Positions 1 to 12,849 of a stretch of 64,000 nt of DNA are shown piece by piece (position 1 is the first letter of the stretch; each line of letters starts with the position of its first letter). This stretch comes from Klebsormidium nitens. Its lineage: Eukaryota; Plantae; Klebsormidiophyceae. Below the pieces are notes generated by a model. The model had not been told where the DNA came from, did not search any database, and saw only the letters and a list, made by a program, of their open reading frames with translations. Location of the stretch: contig DF237447.1 of NCBI GenBank assembly GCA_000708835.1, positions 4,042-68,041 of the forward strand, given 5' to 3'. The position numbers and the translations under genes were made by a program.

Positions 1-3000
1 TCCAAACTCCATCTCGGCGTTCTGGGTACTAATCTATCAAAAGGGGCACGAGAAGAGAGGACACGGTTGTAGGAAGGCAGCCAGAAAGGGGTTAGCCAGC
101 CAGGCCGTAAGTAGGCGCCAACCGCCCACAAGTAGGAACGTTCTCATGTTGCTGGCAACTCTGGAGAAGCTACTTCTCCGGATTTAGGCAAGATTGGACA
201 AACTTGCGGTCGAAGAAAGTCGGGGCAAGCGCCCCTTCGATCAGTCTTCATCTTTACCGCTCCATGATAATGTAGAACCCAGAAAAGCGTTGCCGCAAGA
301 TTGTAGCATGCACGCATCCGGCATTTTAGAGCAGGGGAAGACTTATGATCGATTGGCCTGAAATGGCCTTAGCATAAGTGAAACCGGCTTTCAAGCCAGA
401 ACTCGAATGAATGTGTGTGGGAAGCGTTTTGGTGGGCCCCTCGGATCAAGTCACAGCACAAGTATGGGCACCCGAAAATGTCGCACGTCCTGGCCCGCGG
501 TAAGATCAGGAGCTCCAATATGGAAAGTTGGGAGTGCGTCGAAACAAAAGAACGGTTACCAGTGCTTAGCTTCCAATAGCGGCTTTAGTAGTTAAGACTT
601 GCGCAGGGGTTGAAGCAGCCCAGGAGACTACTTGTCCTCGCTGATCGAACAGAGAATTGATACGGACTTGCAGCATAATCTCATTCTGCCCTCCCCTGTG
701 CAAGCTTCGAGTCGACAGCATTGGATACGTAACCACTGACAGATCTTTTGATACAAAAAACTACGTACTCCGTTATTGTTGCTAGATGTATCTAAGAGGA
801 GAATGAAACATTTTCAGTAAATATAGACGTATTGATCGAGAGGCGCCCGTTTAAAGCAAGGGATGTTTCATCAAACAGCAATATGGTAGATACAAAAGCA
901 GTAACAGATCACAGATGCACTTCGCCTCGCCGGGTCCCCAGCTCGCGCCCTAATCAGAATGTACTCGTCTTGCGATGACCATGGAACCTTTGTACATGAT
1001 TATTTTCTCGTGCATTAACGTGCAAGGATCGATTTACTTTCGAACGGAACCTTTAAACCAAACTTGAACTTATTATAACTGTATAGGCAGCCAATTGCTT
1101 TCAGAGGCGTAGATAGACTGTAAATCACGTCAAAGTACGAGGGGCCGCGAGCTAGCTGTCTACTAGACCGGTGAGCAGATGACGATCAATATTCTGCGGC
1201 ATCAAGGTGTATGTTCTGGCGTTCTGAGGCCGCAACAAACCCCTCTCAAAACATGGATCAATCTTTGCCACATCAATACGGAGTCGCGCTCCAGTGCGAA
1301 TGCGGTTGCTAGTAGGCAATTTCCCCTTCCGAGTTCTAGCAAGGCAAATTGAAAAGGACGGCTAGACGTATCAGAAAGTATGCTGAAACTATCATGGATC
1401 TTGGGCAGTCCCATGCCGGCATACGGTCATTCCGTACAATTAGAGAATCGAGGCTGCTTTCGAAAGCTCCCTACCTGGCACAAATGCACATGTGGTGCTA
1501 GTTGACGGATAAGCAGGAAGGGTTCACCTATACAGTCAAGCTGTAGCGTGATCGATGGCAGAGAATGCTTTCGGAGCTTGGAGAGGTTAAAGGGTTTGGT
1601 TTGAAAAAAACCTGAACCTGCACAAAAGGTTGGACTTGTGTGCTCCGGCACAATCTTACCGTCTCATTTTGCTTCCAGCCAAACGCTTGCCCCTGTGCCA
1701 TGTCAATTCTGAGTCGCCTAGGTCCCATCTTCTGGGAGCTACTTGCACCACGCAAGCATGCGAGGGCCACAAAGAGAGTCACCAGGAAAAGGCAAGAACC
1801 ACAACGGACGCCCTCTTGTATTTACTATGTAAGACCCGGACGTGCTATGAGAGGATTATGAGTTCAACGGCCGGCATAACATAGCGGTCGAGCGACATGT
1901 TAGGCAGTGTTTCGTGTCGCCTCAGCTAGCAGCATGCCAGGGAGCTAAGCCAATAGGGCAGATTGGTAAGAGACGTCTCAAAGAAGGCAGGTGCAAAAAA
2001 ACTGCTCACGAAACAGGTGACGTCATTCTTTCGAGAATGCGGCAGCATATGCAGTTTAGTGAGTTTGTGGACTCGGACCGCCAACGTGCTCAAGCCTCGA
2101 CGCTGTCCTAGCTTCTTCTCAAGAGGACCAGAATCCACAAGGCTGATAAAGATTGCAAATATTTCGAGCGATCCGATATTATTTTTCCAATCAATGCTAT
2201 TTCGTACCAAAACTGGCGGCTACGAATTTCCAGAATGGGCGCATTCAGGGCCCAGGTCGTCAGCTCGTTCTGGCCCGCAATCCAGTCAAACGTTACTGAC
2301 AACAAGAGTCAGGCCAGGCGACACGGAAATAAGGGCCGCGTACAGGCCACCTGCAGGTCACATGAATATGGAGCTTCCCTAGTCAAACTGTTCACTAATC
2401 TTTGATCCTGGATTGCAGAGTAAAGATGTAGGGCTAAACATGAAGTCCCATCAAACTTCACTCGGCGGTTCCCGGTGCAGACTTGAGGCTGCCCAGTGGA
2501 ACCCCTTCGCCGGTGTAGCTGATAGGCTCACCTGCCAAAAATCAGAGCTGCCTATCAACGAAAGAAGTAACAGAGGCGGACGACCTCCCATCACTTAAAG
2601 CGTTGACGCCGCCCATGCAAAGCAGGAACGACTGCACGCCTCTTCCGAATGAAAAGCCGCACGTGATTGTACTGCGGGCTTGCAAAACGCGCTCAAGGAC
2701 GGACGATTTTCCCGTGTCATGTTTCCAGCTACCAGACGGCTTCTGAGACCACTGAGGCTCACAAACCCTGCAGTATGGTAACCACCCAAAGCTAGCAACT
2801 CAGGACGTGCAACAGATTCACGATTTGGGCTCTACTAGTGGCCGCTACGAAGAGTTTAGTCGGGAAAGGCAAGCACCTTTGTCAAGCTGCGGTTTTCGCG
2901 TTGGAAAGATCCAAGCTTTATAACAGGCAGTATAATATCCTCGAGGGTCTCGAGGGAACAGCTTTGCTATATTTCATAAAACAGAGCCGCTTCTTTCGAA

Positions 3001-6000
3001 GTGGTGAAAAAGGATACAAGCCCCGGTGTGTTTTCGTGTGGACTTGCAGCTCCGAGTCAGAGCGAACAGCGCTGTGGATGAGATCGAATCATAAACCTGA
3101 TCATCATCGCCGCGCTAAGGGTTTGAAAGTGAGTACTAGGTGATACCGCTTGAATGTACTCAAGAATCAGCTCCCACGAACGGGGGACCAGGCGGCGCAA
3201 AGGACTCGGACCATGGACTCCACATGTGTGCGAGGTTAGGCAAACCCGCCCAGTAGACTAGAATCTTCTTCTTTATCCTCACAGAGTTGTTAAAGGAAGT
3301 CTCTAAATCTCGGCGTGGCCAAATGACATAAAAAACCCCAGCATTGCGAGGAGAAAAAAGCCTTCGCGAGCTAAACGACGCGAAGGTACGGGTTTATATG
3401 AGGTTGATTCGGCCCCTATCCACAGGCAACCACTCGTGTCACCATTAGTGGGAGAGAAGGTAGCTCCCCTATGACGTCAAACAAGAACTGTGATGAGGGT
3501 TGTCAACCCCGAGCTCAGAAGACGATCTTTTCACGGCCAACCGAAGGTAACAGGCTAAAATTCTCGTTCGGATCACGCTTCGGAAACGCATTGATCTCAG
3601 CCTTCAATCAAAGAAAGGAACTCACGATACGCTGATGCACTAGAATCAGTACCAAAGAGACTACTCAGTAAGTACAGGACTCTGAATGACTCGGTGCACA
3701 AAGAAGTGGGCTCTTGCAAAAGGAAGAAGGCCGTTGGGCACCATTTGGACGGCCCAACTTCTCGACACGTCGATCCTGGCCCGCATTCAGACAAATCAGG
3801 AAGGTTACAAGATGGGCAGAATTGGTGGACACAAGTCTTTGGAAGCATCCGCTGGTGTCAGCTCTCGTCCAAATCAGGATCCGCCATGAAGCCGCCCGAT
3901 AGACCGCCTCGTCATTGCTGCCGTTTCAGAAAACATCGTAGAAAGCCGTTCATCGAGAAGTCAGTCACTCTCCAGAAAACACGACTTGATAATCTCGCAA
4001 ACGCAGCTGGCTAAGCGCAAGTAAAGCGTGACCCAGATGAACAAGTACGTAAAAGTTCACCACCCAGTACATGCGATCAAACGACGTACGGTTAAATAAT
4101 AAAAGGGTTCAGGCAACGATCCTTGGGTTCCGGCTGAACTTGACAGATGCAGTGGTACCATGCACAGATGCGCAAAAGCTGGCAGGTATGTTGTCAAGAG
4201 TAACTCCCTCATAAAACAACGTCCCGACCCGATTTTGCGCAGGGGTCGAAGATTCAAAGGGGTGCTATCATGGACACGAAACCAGGAACCTCCCTAGCTG
4301 CGCCGAGACCGCAGCCACAATTTGCCTTACTAAGGTAAAAGCGAGCTCCGGGTCAGAGAGAGAGAAGGTTGGGCTCGTCTTGAATGATTGCCCGTACTAC
4401 TGTGCACGACGTCCTGGCCCGTCGATTTAAGGGAAGAGCGAGAAACGCGAACTCAGGATTGTTTGGAAATTAAACCCGCATCTCCACCTCTTACAAGCAA
4501 GAAAAGAAAAAGGCATCGAGCCCCCTGAGGAGGAAAGTTCGGTAAGGTAGGACCCTCGACCCAACGTCTCAAGCGTTGATACGCTTATGCGAAGCCCGGA
4601 ATGAGACAGCAACAACAGCCCTACCAAGCAGAGCACGTCTTTATGAAGTGATCAAAATTGCCGTTTTTCCGACGCCTGTGCAACTGAGCTCAAAGCAAAA
4701 GCGCTGATAGGGACACTTGCAGTTTATCCGGATATTTTTTGTGCACAGCTCCCAAGGTCCATCGGGCGTTGGCATCAATTACCTACTCGAGTCAGCATTG
4801 GAGTTTGAGCGGCACCGACAAGCCCTAGTATGTATGCACGATATTCTCGTCTGGACCGTCCATGCAGCTTCCGAGTCCGCTCACCGCATAATGCTCATGA
4901 GGTAGACCTCATCATCTTGATCGATCGTCATTGCTACTTTTGACGTAAGCTTTTGTAGGGTTGATCGATCATCCACTAGAGCCTAGGCGGCGACCAAGCA
5001 ACGGAACAGGAACGGAAAAACTAGCGCTTAGCCAAAGGGACAGTGAACTGGTGCCTTACCTCAAAGGTTGGAGTGCGCTCTCTTGTCAAAATCTGAAATA
5101 GGTTACATGACATCTAGGAAGCCCGAACTGATAAGTCAATTTATGCAAGAGCAGCCGGAGCAACAATGTGCCAATTCTTTGGCCGGCTACGACGCCAAGA
5201 CGACAAAGCGGTCGACAGGGCCCGACGCACGAAATCCATTTGGGACCAGGAAGGAAAGGCAAAAAGCATGCGCAGTCACTTGAGAATGATGGAAACGCAC
5301 AAAAACGAATCGGGATAAGTGTATTGAGCATCACTGGTCGTTTTCCTCGAGGCGCTGGCTCTCTCCACCACTGACCATGCCGGCCAAGAACAGACGAATT
5401 GAAAGACATTTGAACAACGAAAGACAGGAGCAACGTTTTGAAACCGCACGGCGCGCTTTTCAAAACGACATCTATGCAGGGGAGAGAAGTCATAGGGCTT
5501 GTCTTGTGGCAGACAGATGAAAGGCCGAGCTAGAGCGACCTTCAACTTGATCCCGCGCAAACGGCGAGCGCCTTGGGCAGCTTTTGAGTTAAACTCTGGA
5601 GCGGGCAACTTTTCGACAAAGGAATTGCGTAAGGACCGGGCTGGAAGGTAAAGCACATGGATCCAGCATCCACGAGAAGGAGCTCGAATGACCTCTATGA
5701 GCAGAAATTTAATCGCTCAGTAGGTCAACGGTCCGTCATCGCTGCAAGTCTGCGGTACAAAGAAGTAACCATCAAATTCTTGCGGTTGAAAAGTAAGCAA
5801 CTTGGCATGGCTGCTGAGAAACGCACCTACCTGTAAGTAGCACGCGTAGACTTAGGGCTAGCGCTCGAAAGGATGCGCTTGCGGAATTACAAAATGCTTC
5901 AGACTCTTGCAAAGCAACGCTGACATGTTCCGTCCTGCCATGATATCAATCACCCCTATATTCAAGTTTGCCCCTAGTATGGCTTCAAACAGAATTTGGA

Positions 6001-7299
6001 GCCTTTCGTCCTGATGCGCCAGGCCAACTTGAAGTGTCGAAGGTTGCCCACATGAGCGTCGGTTGCGAACGAAGTCCAAAAGTACGCACGCAAACAGAAA
6101 AAGCCATTTTGTGGCAGTTGCATTTGAGACGCAATGGTGATGACGCAATGGCAATGGCACGTTCCCAGTGCTCAGGCCTCTAGCTAGCAGAAACTCGACA
6201 AGTTGGGTAGATTTCCGTTTGCCCGGTTGGGTCGATGTGAACTACTCATGCCCGACACTCATGTTGGAAAAATGCGGTCAACCAAGATGGTTGGCGAAGG
6301 TGGGCTGGCCGCATCGTCACTTGAGGTACGTGCAAAGAATAACGCCACCCAGTTGACAAACAGTATTGCTGCGTAAAAAATGGGTTCATAGTGCAAGCAA
6401 GCCCAGGCTTGCAGCGGCCCAACGGAAGACCCCGACTTTGATGGAAAGGTCGAGATTCCGAACAAATCAAAGTGCACTTACAAGAGAAATAGGTTAAAGT
6501 AGGAGTGAAAGCAGGCAGTAGACCGTATCCCAAAAGATATAGCGCGAAAAAGGCAGGACCGATGCCCCTGGCCCGCGCTTAGCTAGCCAATATTGCGCAA
6601 CCTGGACAAAGCAGCCACCAGATTTGATGGTGGACTTTGGCCGGCGATTGTCGAGCCCTAGACGCCCTTGACAAACAGTGGCCATGTTCTGAGCTTGAAA
6701 ATGAAATCGGAGATTCAGCGAACCAAAGATATTGATCTTGACTCTCTATCAGATTTGGGCTGACAGGTACACGAGGGCATGCAGTCCGAGACGAGCTCAG
6801 ATCGTGTTCTCTGTAAGGTGGCATCAGGAAAACCCGCATCATGGCCGGGAGTCGCTGCGGTTGTTACCCGAGAATAGAGAAGACAATCGTGTACGACGCC
6901 AGGTTCTAGATCTCCCTCTCTGCATGCCCGCATCTACGTCTGTTTACCGTGCTATAGAGGCTAGTAGCTCGCAAAGGGCCGGGGACGCAACAACTAGAGA
7001 AAAGATGCGGTAACAATTTTTGTACGTATGTTGTCGAGAAGGAGCAAATGACAACTTTGACTAGACGCCTCAAAGGCGTACACTGTCTGGGAAGTAGGCG
7101 TGACGTAAGACAAGCCCCGGTCGCTTTTTTATCCTCAAGCCTGAAAATGAGGCAACATACAAAACAACGCTCTGCCTGGTTTTCATTGTTGGGAAGTTGT
7201 AGCTTTCCAAGTTGAGCCATCGCCTTAGTGTCAAGCAAACCGGAGGAGCTGATTATCGTTGCCACGGTTTCGGGCGAGGAAGCCACTAAAATATTTGTT

Positions 7300-10200
7300 A
7301 AGTACCAGCCATTGGGCGATCAGAGCCGGTGATTCACTGCCTTCCTAAAGTTGATAGATCGTCATCTCCAAACCAAGAAACAGCACATTTCCACCTTAGT
7401 ATGTAACAAAGTTTTCGAAAGAAGTTTGAAAGGAGAGCCTACAAATGGCATCTGAAAAGGTAAGGCTCAAGCCTGGGGCAAAAGCCTTCAAATGATGAGA
7501 CCAAAGACAAAAAGTAGCAGATCAACGAGGCAGCCGGATGGTTACTACGTCTGAAGCGCTTCTTGACAGCAAAGACACCTTCAACGTCGACTCGACATGC
7601 GAGCGTCTTGTCTAGTCATTCGGCATGTAGAAGCTTGGGGTCGGCTCCTTCTAAGAAACAGAAACAAACATAGGCGGGTGCTACAAGCCCACGTGTTGCG
7701 TCGTCCTGGCCGGCAGAAATGTTTCGAGCTAATTCAGTACATGGCGGCTCTGAAACCAAAAACACCAAGAATGGGCTTCGGGGAGATTGCCCATGTTCTG
7801 GTTTGCATCGTCTTGGCCTGCAGTGGCTTCTGAGGCTACAAAAGCTCAACAAGCTTTTGCGCCTGTGAAGGAAACTTTGTGGTTTGATCCGTTCAAGAGG
7901 ATCCGAGAAAGTATAATCGATGCATTGTCAAGCTGCGCATGAACGAGGTGTTAAGGTTCACATCAGGCTAGCTGCCTGATGAGGCACGTCAAATGTTCGC
8001 AGGCACAAGAGCAAGATGGGGGTTGAAGCTCAGGGGAAAAACGTTTTGGCTTCAATCGCCGGGAAAGGGCCGAGTGAGCCCAAATGTCTTAAAGGAGCTC
8101 TCTCGTTCTGGCCATAAAAGGAGCAGACGAAGGAAGTGCACACCGCGTAAGTGCTCAAAAGACAATCCAGTCAACGCACACAGAAGGCGGCGATCCAAAA
8201 CGACAACCAAAAAATGAGACGATCGTAGTTCGACACACCATCAAGTCCTCGAGCAGGACAAAATGGGCCAGCTTGGACTCTCAATCGCTCATGACGACTA
8301 CGTCGTACGCCTAAGATATTCTGTGACTGCTTACAAGGCTGATGTCACGGCCGTATGTGCCACCGTTTGCATCACGTGCTTTGAAACGCCCAGCGCGTTC
8401 ACCGTTGTTCTATCCGTTGACGTCACCACTGCGGGTCTTTCTGAGGTACCACTCCGTAAGGGTCGAAGCCACAGCCGTCGCAGGCCAACGGACGTACGTT
8501 GTCCGATTCTAGCAGCAGCTGGATAAGGAACGACGCAACCATGTTCCACCAATCTCAAGGTCAGTCCGGACGTTCAGAAGATACGTTGCGTTTCGCCAAA
8601 ACAGCTGGCAGCATAAGCAAGTTCGAAGGCAGTATACTTGGCAGGCCGACCGGTGCCAAGTCGCTTGTCGCTCAAATCATCCTCGCCGCTAGCTCGGGAG
8701 CAAAAACGAGTGAAAGCACCGGATTAACACATTGGTCAACAAACGTCGGAAATAAACTGAGAGCAGACAACCAGATAAGACAGTGGGGTACGTAGGATCC
8801 AAATGGCGGCTTCGATAACCTGGCGCTTACCTGCGAGCTAAGCTCTGTAGATGTGGAGCTCATCATGGCCACCGGCTAGCAAGCACTACTGTGAATTTGA
8901 CGTAAAAATCAGATGAAACAGACGTGTACGACGTTAGGTGCCATGCATGCTGAATCTAGGTCTTGCTTTCCCTGCGTCCAAGGCTAGGCCGTTCAAGAAG
9001 CCTAGAAGGGACGCAAAACACTAGGCAAAGGCGTTGCAATGCTTCATATATGTATGCAAATCAAGAAGGCCCAAGAACATGAACGGGATCGATGGAGGGG
9101 CGTCAGCGGCGTACCTGGTCCGCGATCAGCATGACAGGCCCTAAACCCTTTAGTCCTGGCCAGTGCAAAATCAGCCATTATCAGACCAAAGAAGATAACA
9201 AGGATAACCTTCTGCCTTATTCTCATTGTTGAGAAACTGCAGCTTCAAACAGAAAATCTCGGGGGTTTGTTCAATCAAATCTAGCCGGCGGCCGGATTTG
9301 ATCATTGCCACGTTTCGCGCTTCCTGGTAAGTCATGTGATTGGTTTGTCGCGTTCGGCAAAGATGCGAGGGGCCGGAAGCCTTCAACTGTCACTTCACAA
9401 ACCGTCAGAGCCGAATGCATCTAAGAATTCAGACAACGGAGGCGGCGTTCCAACTTTGGCATGTGAGAAGAGGTCCTAAGGGATTCATGCGTACGAAAGA
9501 GCGCCCAGAAGCGGCTTGAAAGAAAGACCCTACTGGTCATACACAGAATACGACCAGCCAAAGAGCGAAGGTCACTAGGACCGGAGAGAAACGCGGTCAT
9601 AGAGATGTTGATTGTAGTAAGGCGGACTGAATTCTGTCCATTCCAAGCAAAGCTCCTTTTACGCGACGAAGAAGGAAGAGGGATTCACTGGACGAACTCG
9701 AGAGGGTTCTCCGAGCAGGACAGAAGACATTTGTTGAACAACGGAAACCCGTAACGCAAGACTCTGACCAAGTTGGCAAACGCTCGAGGCAGGGACGAAG
9801 CAACTAGACGAGAAGCGGCTGGCATTTGCCCCGCAGCTGGACGGTTTCGTCTGAAGCGCTTGACAGCAAACACACAGTCGACAAACAAACCAGTTTTTTT
9901 TGTCAGTGATTCAGCATGGCAAAAAGCTTTGGGGCCGGTTCTGTGTGGAAACAGCTTTGGGCCTGGTACGTAATTGCCCGGGTGTTATGTCGTCCTGGCC
10001 GACAGAGACTTTAAGGACTATAGAGTATAGGGGCGGCTCTGTAACCAAAAAGCAAACCAAAAAAATGGGCTTCGGGGGAAATCCGCCCAGTTTCTGGTTT
10101 GCATCGTCTTGGCCGGAAGTGAGCTCTTAGTACAAAGCTTCACCAAGCAGCTGAGAAGAAAATCTTTGTGGTTCGAAAGGATGCGACGAAAGGAATAATT

Positions 10201-12750
10201 TGACTGTCGATTGCGCATGAACGAGGTAAAAGGTTCGAATGGAGCTACCTGCCCGATTCCGCAATTTGGTAGTTGGGAAGCGGAGTCAAGGTAGGCCCGT
10301 CTAAGATTTGCATCAGAGCAAGATGGACGTCGAAGCTTCGGGAGGGCGTTTGGCTTCAGGTAGAGGACTCGAAGCAAAAGGGAGACCGATGTCTTCGTTC
10401 CTGTCACGGAAGGAGCAGACAGAGCGCAGACGAAGGGGGAATCACGCCGCAAGTGTTCCAAAGCGATCCATTTCCACGCACACAAAAGGAGGTGCTTTTA
10501 AACATGAAAACGCAAAGACGAGGACTTTATGAACAGCATTCGCAGACGGGATCAACGTCTCGACTACGCAAATTAGATTGTGGCAGCAAGGTGGCAGCTT
10601 GACTTCCCGATTGCTCGTGCACGGAACGAATATGCGGTAGGTCTTTGATACTTTTCGACCTCTTACAAGTTTCCCGCTACTTATGTCTGTTCATGTGAAC
10701 GTTTGCATCAAGTACTTCGAACCGCTTCGCCGCTCCGCGCGTTCATTGTTGCTCTAGCCTTTTACGGCACCACTCCAAACTTTTCTGCTCATATGGCGCC
10801 ACCTCCTGATGGTCGTAGCCACTACTTCCGCGAAGCAAACAGATAATCAATGCAGCACAAGTTCGACGCAGGTACTAGGTCTGACAGTCCAAAACAGAAA
10901 CGCAAAACAGAAACGCACTGAGCTGGACAAGTGGCAGCATCCGGCTGAAGACCTTTGCAAGAGCTGGGCATACCAACCGGTGCTCACTCGCTCTTTTCAT
11001 CCTTCGGGGTAAGGATGAAAATGAGGGAACAATTCAGAAGCACAGGACTTTCAGACTAATGGACGACTTTTACAATCACATCGGTGTTGCCACCAGATGC
11101 ACACATTCAATAGGAGGACTGGGCAAGAACACGAGTGTAAAACAGAACGGGTGGTCAATGCCCTAAACTCATGACAAATTACATGCTCAAGAGAACGTCT
11201 GATGACATTGTCCAGGACAATAGGAATGGCCTTCGCTTGCAGAGACTTTGCATCTTAAAAGCATTTCACACTTCAGAAGGCGAGTATGCGCCGTCACGTG
11301 CGGCAGCAAACTAATCGCTGCCAAGACGGCAATCACCGGGCGGTACTGGAAGCGACCCCAAGACTTGGTTTGCATTTGCCGCAAGCAGAAGTGGGAGCTG
11401 GAAAGCGGACTGCATTTAAGACCTGAATATAAGCTGGGACGCGCAATCACGTACCATAATCTGACAGCTGCGTTGGCTGACAGCTGCGTTTGCAGGCAAA
11501 CAGACAATGACGGCCGATCGCGAGTTAGAGCCTGTTTCTAATCAGTATGCAGTGACGTTTCTCGCGCCGTCAACAAGCCCCCGGGACCTTCGAGTAGTGG
11601 CTTCCGCAAGCGGATCTCAGGTGCACAAAGCGCAGCTGCAGGAAGTGACCTTACGTCATAGCCAGATCATCCCAAGGTATGTACACGTTAGACAGATCTT
11701 TCTATAACAGCAGTCCGTTCGAAAACTTTCTAGCATATCGATTTTCTAGCATCGGCAGACACCGACGGGTTTTTCTGAGCGAAGCTCAAGGTGGACCTCA
11801 TCATGGCCGTGAAATAGTGTACTTTTTTTTATAAACTTGGAAGCATTGGGGTCCGCCTTTCGAAAACTCGTAAAAGGGAGAAGGCCTCCGGAAGGAGACA
11901 CCACGTCGCTATATGTGAAAAGGCAAGACAGTGTGGGAATTACGTGCGCGGCGCCCAGGAAACCCAGCGATTGGATAAAGGCCAACAGATGCAGACAACT
12001 GAAAGGCTGAAGCCTTAGTGTTTCGTAAAAGCTCTGAAGCCGCAACAGGAAGATTGCTGATTAAGGAAGAAATTCAATCAGCGGCATCGGGACTGTTCCA
12101 ACAAATCGTTGAGCTCCTTCAAGTTCGACTCAAAGCGTTATCTTCCTCGCCACCAACCGCTTAGTTTGTAGGAGCCCGACGCGTCCAAACGGTAGGGTCA
12201 AAACGTTCAACAAGAACTTTTGCAGCTTTGGTGATCGAAACGACTCGACTGGCAGGGGGCAATCTGCAACCTGATGATCATTCACGCCTCTCATGCCAAC
12301 ATATGCGACGAACCAAAAAAACTGTAAACACAATGAGCACCATTTGACAAAGAAAGCCCTGGCAATCATTGGCAAATTCCCGGCTAGAGATTTGTCGTCG
12401 GGACGGAGGCCTCTTCGATCAGCGCATTCACCAGCAGATCGAGACGTACAACGAGGAACGAAGAATCGATCGATGATAGGGCATGATGGATGCTTGTAAT
12501 CGGCTCTGAAGTTTCACGCAAATGTCATTGGGCCCGGTGTTGTGCGCCCGAGCGTAAATGCGTCCTGGCCGACAAGAAACCTCAGAGGCTGTGGGAAGGT
12601 TCTTGCGCACAGATTGAAGATGTAAACGTTCAAGAAACTCGTAGTCTAATTAAGCAAAGCCGTTGGGCACACAAGCACGTAAAGGGTTTTGCATCTAAGC
12701 AACAAGCGGGTCCGAGCTCCACACATCTTGTTGGCATCGGAGGATTCGAG
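7300..12750 (-). repeat. Segmental duplication A, copy 1 (short unit plus long unit)
   Basis: Colinear with about 16650-22100 at an offset of about 9.3 kb. Anchors: ACAACCAGATA 8767/18089, TACGAAAGAGCGCCCAGAAG 9492/18833, AATGGGCTTCGGGG 10064/19440, TGGACAAGTGGCAGCATCCG 10924/20228. Confidence 0.85.
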
Positions 12751-12849
12751 ACCTCGTGATTGAGGTGGGAAATCTCAGGTCAGGTGCTCTCATCACGGCC
12801 ATTTTCCAAGGAGGATTTCTTCTGGACTTCTCCCGGCTGGAAGGAGATC

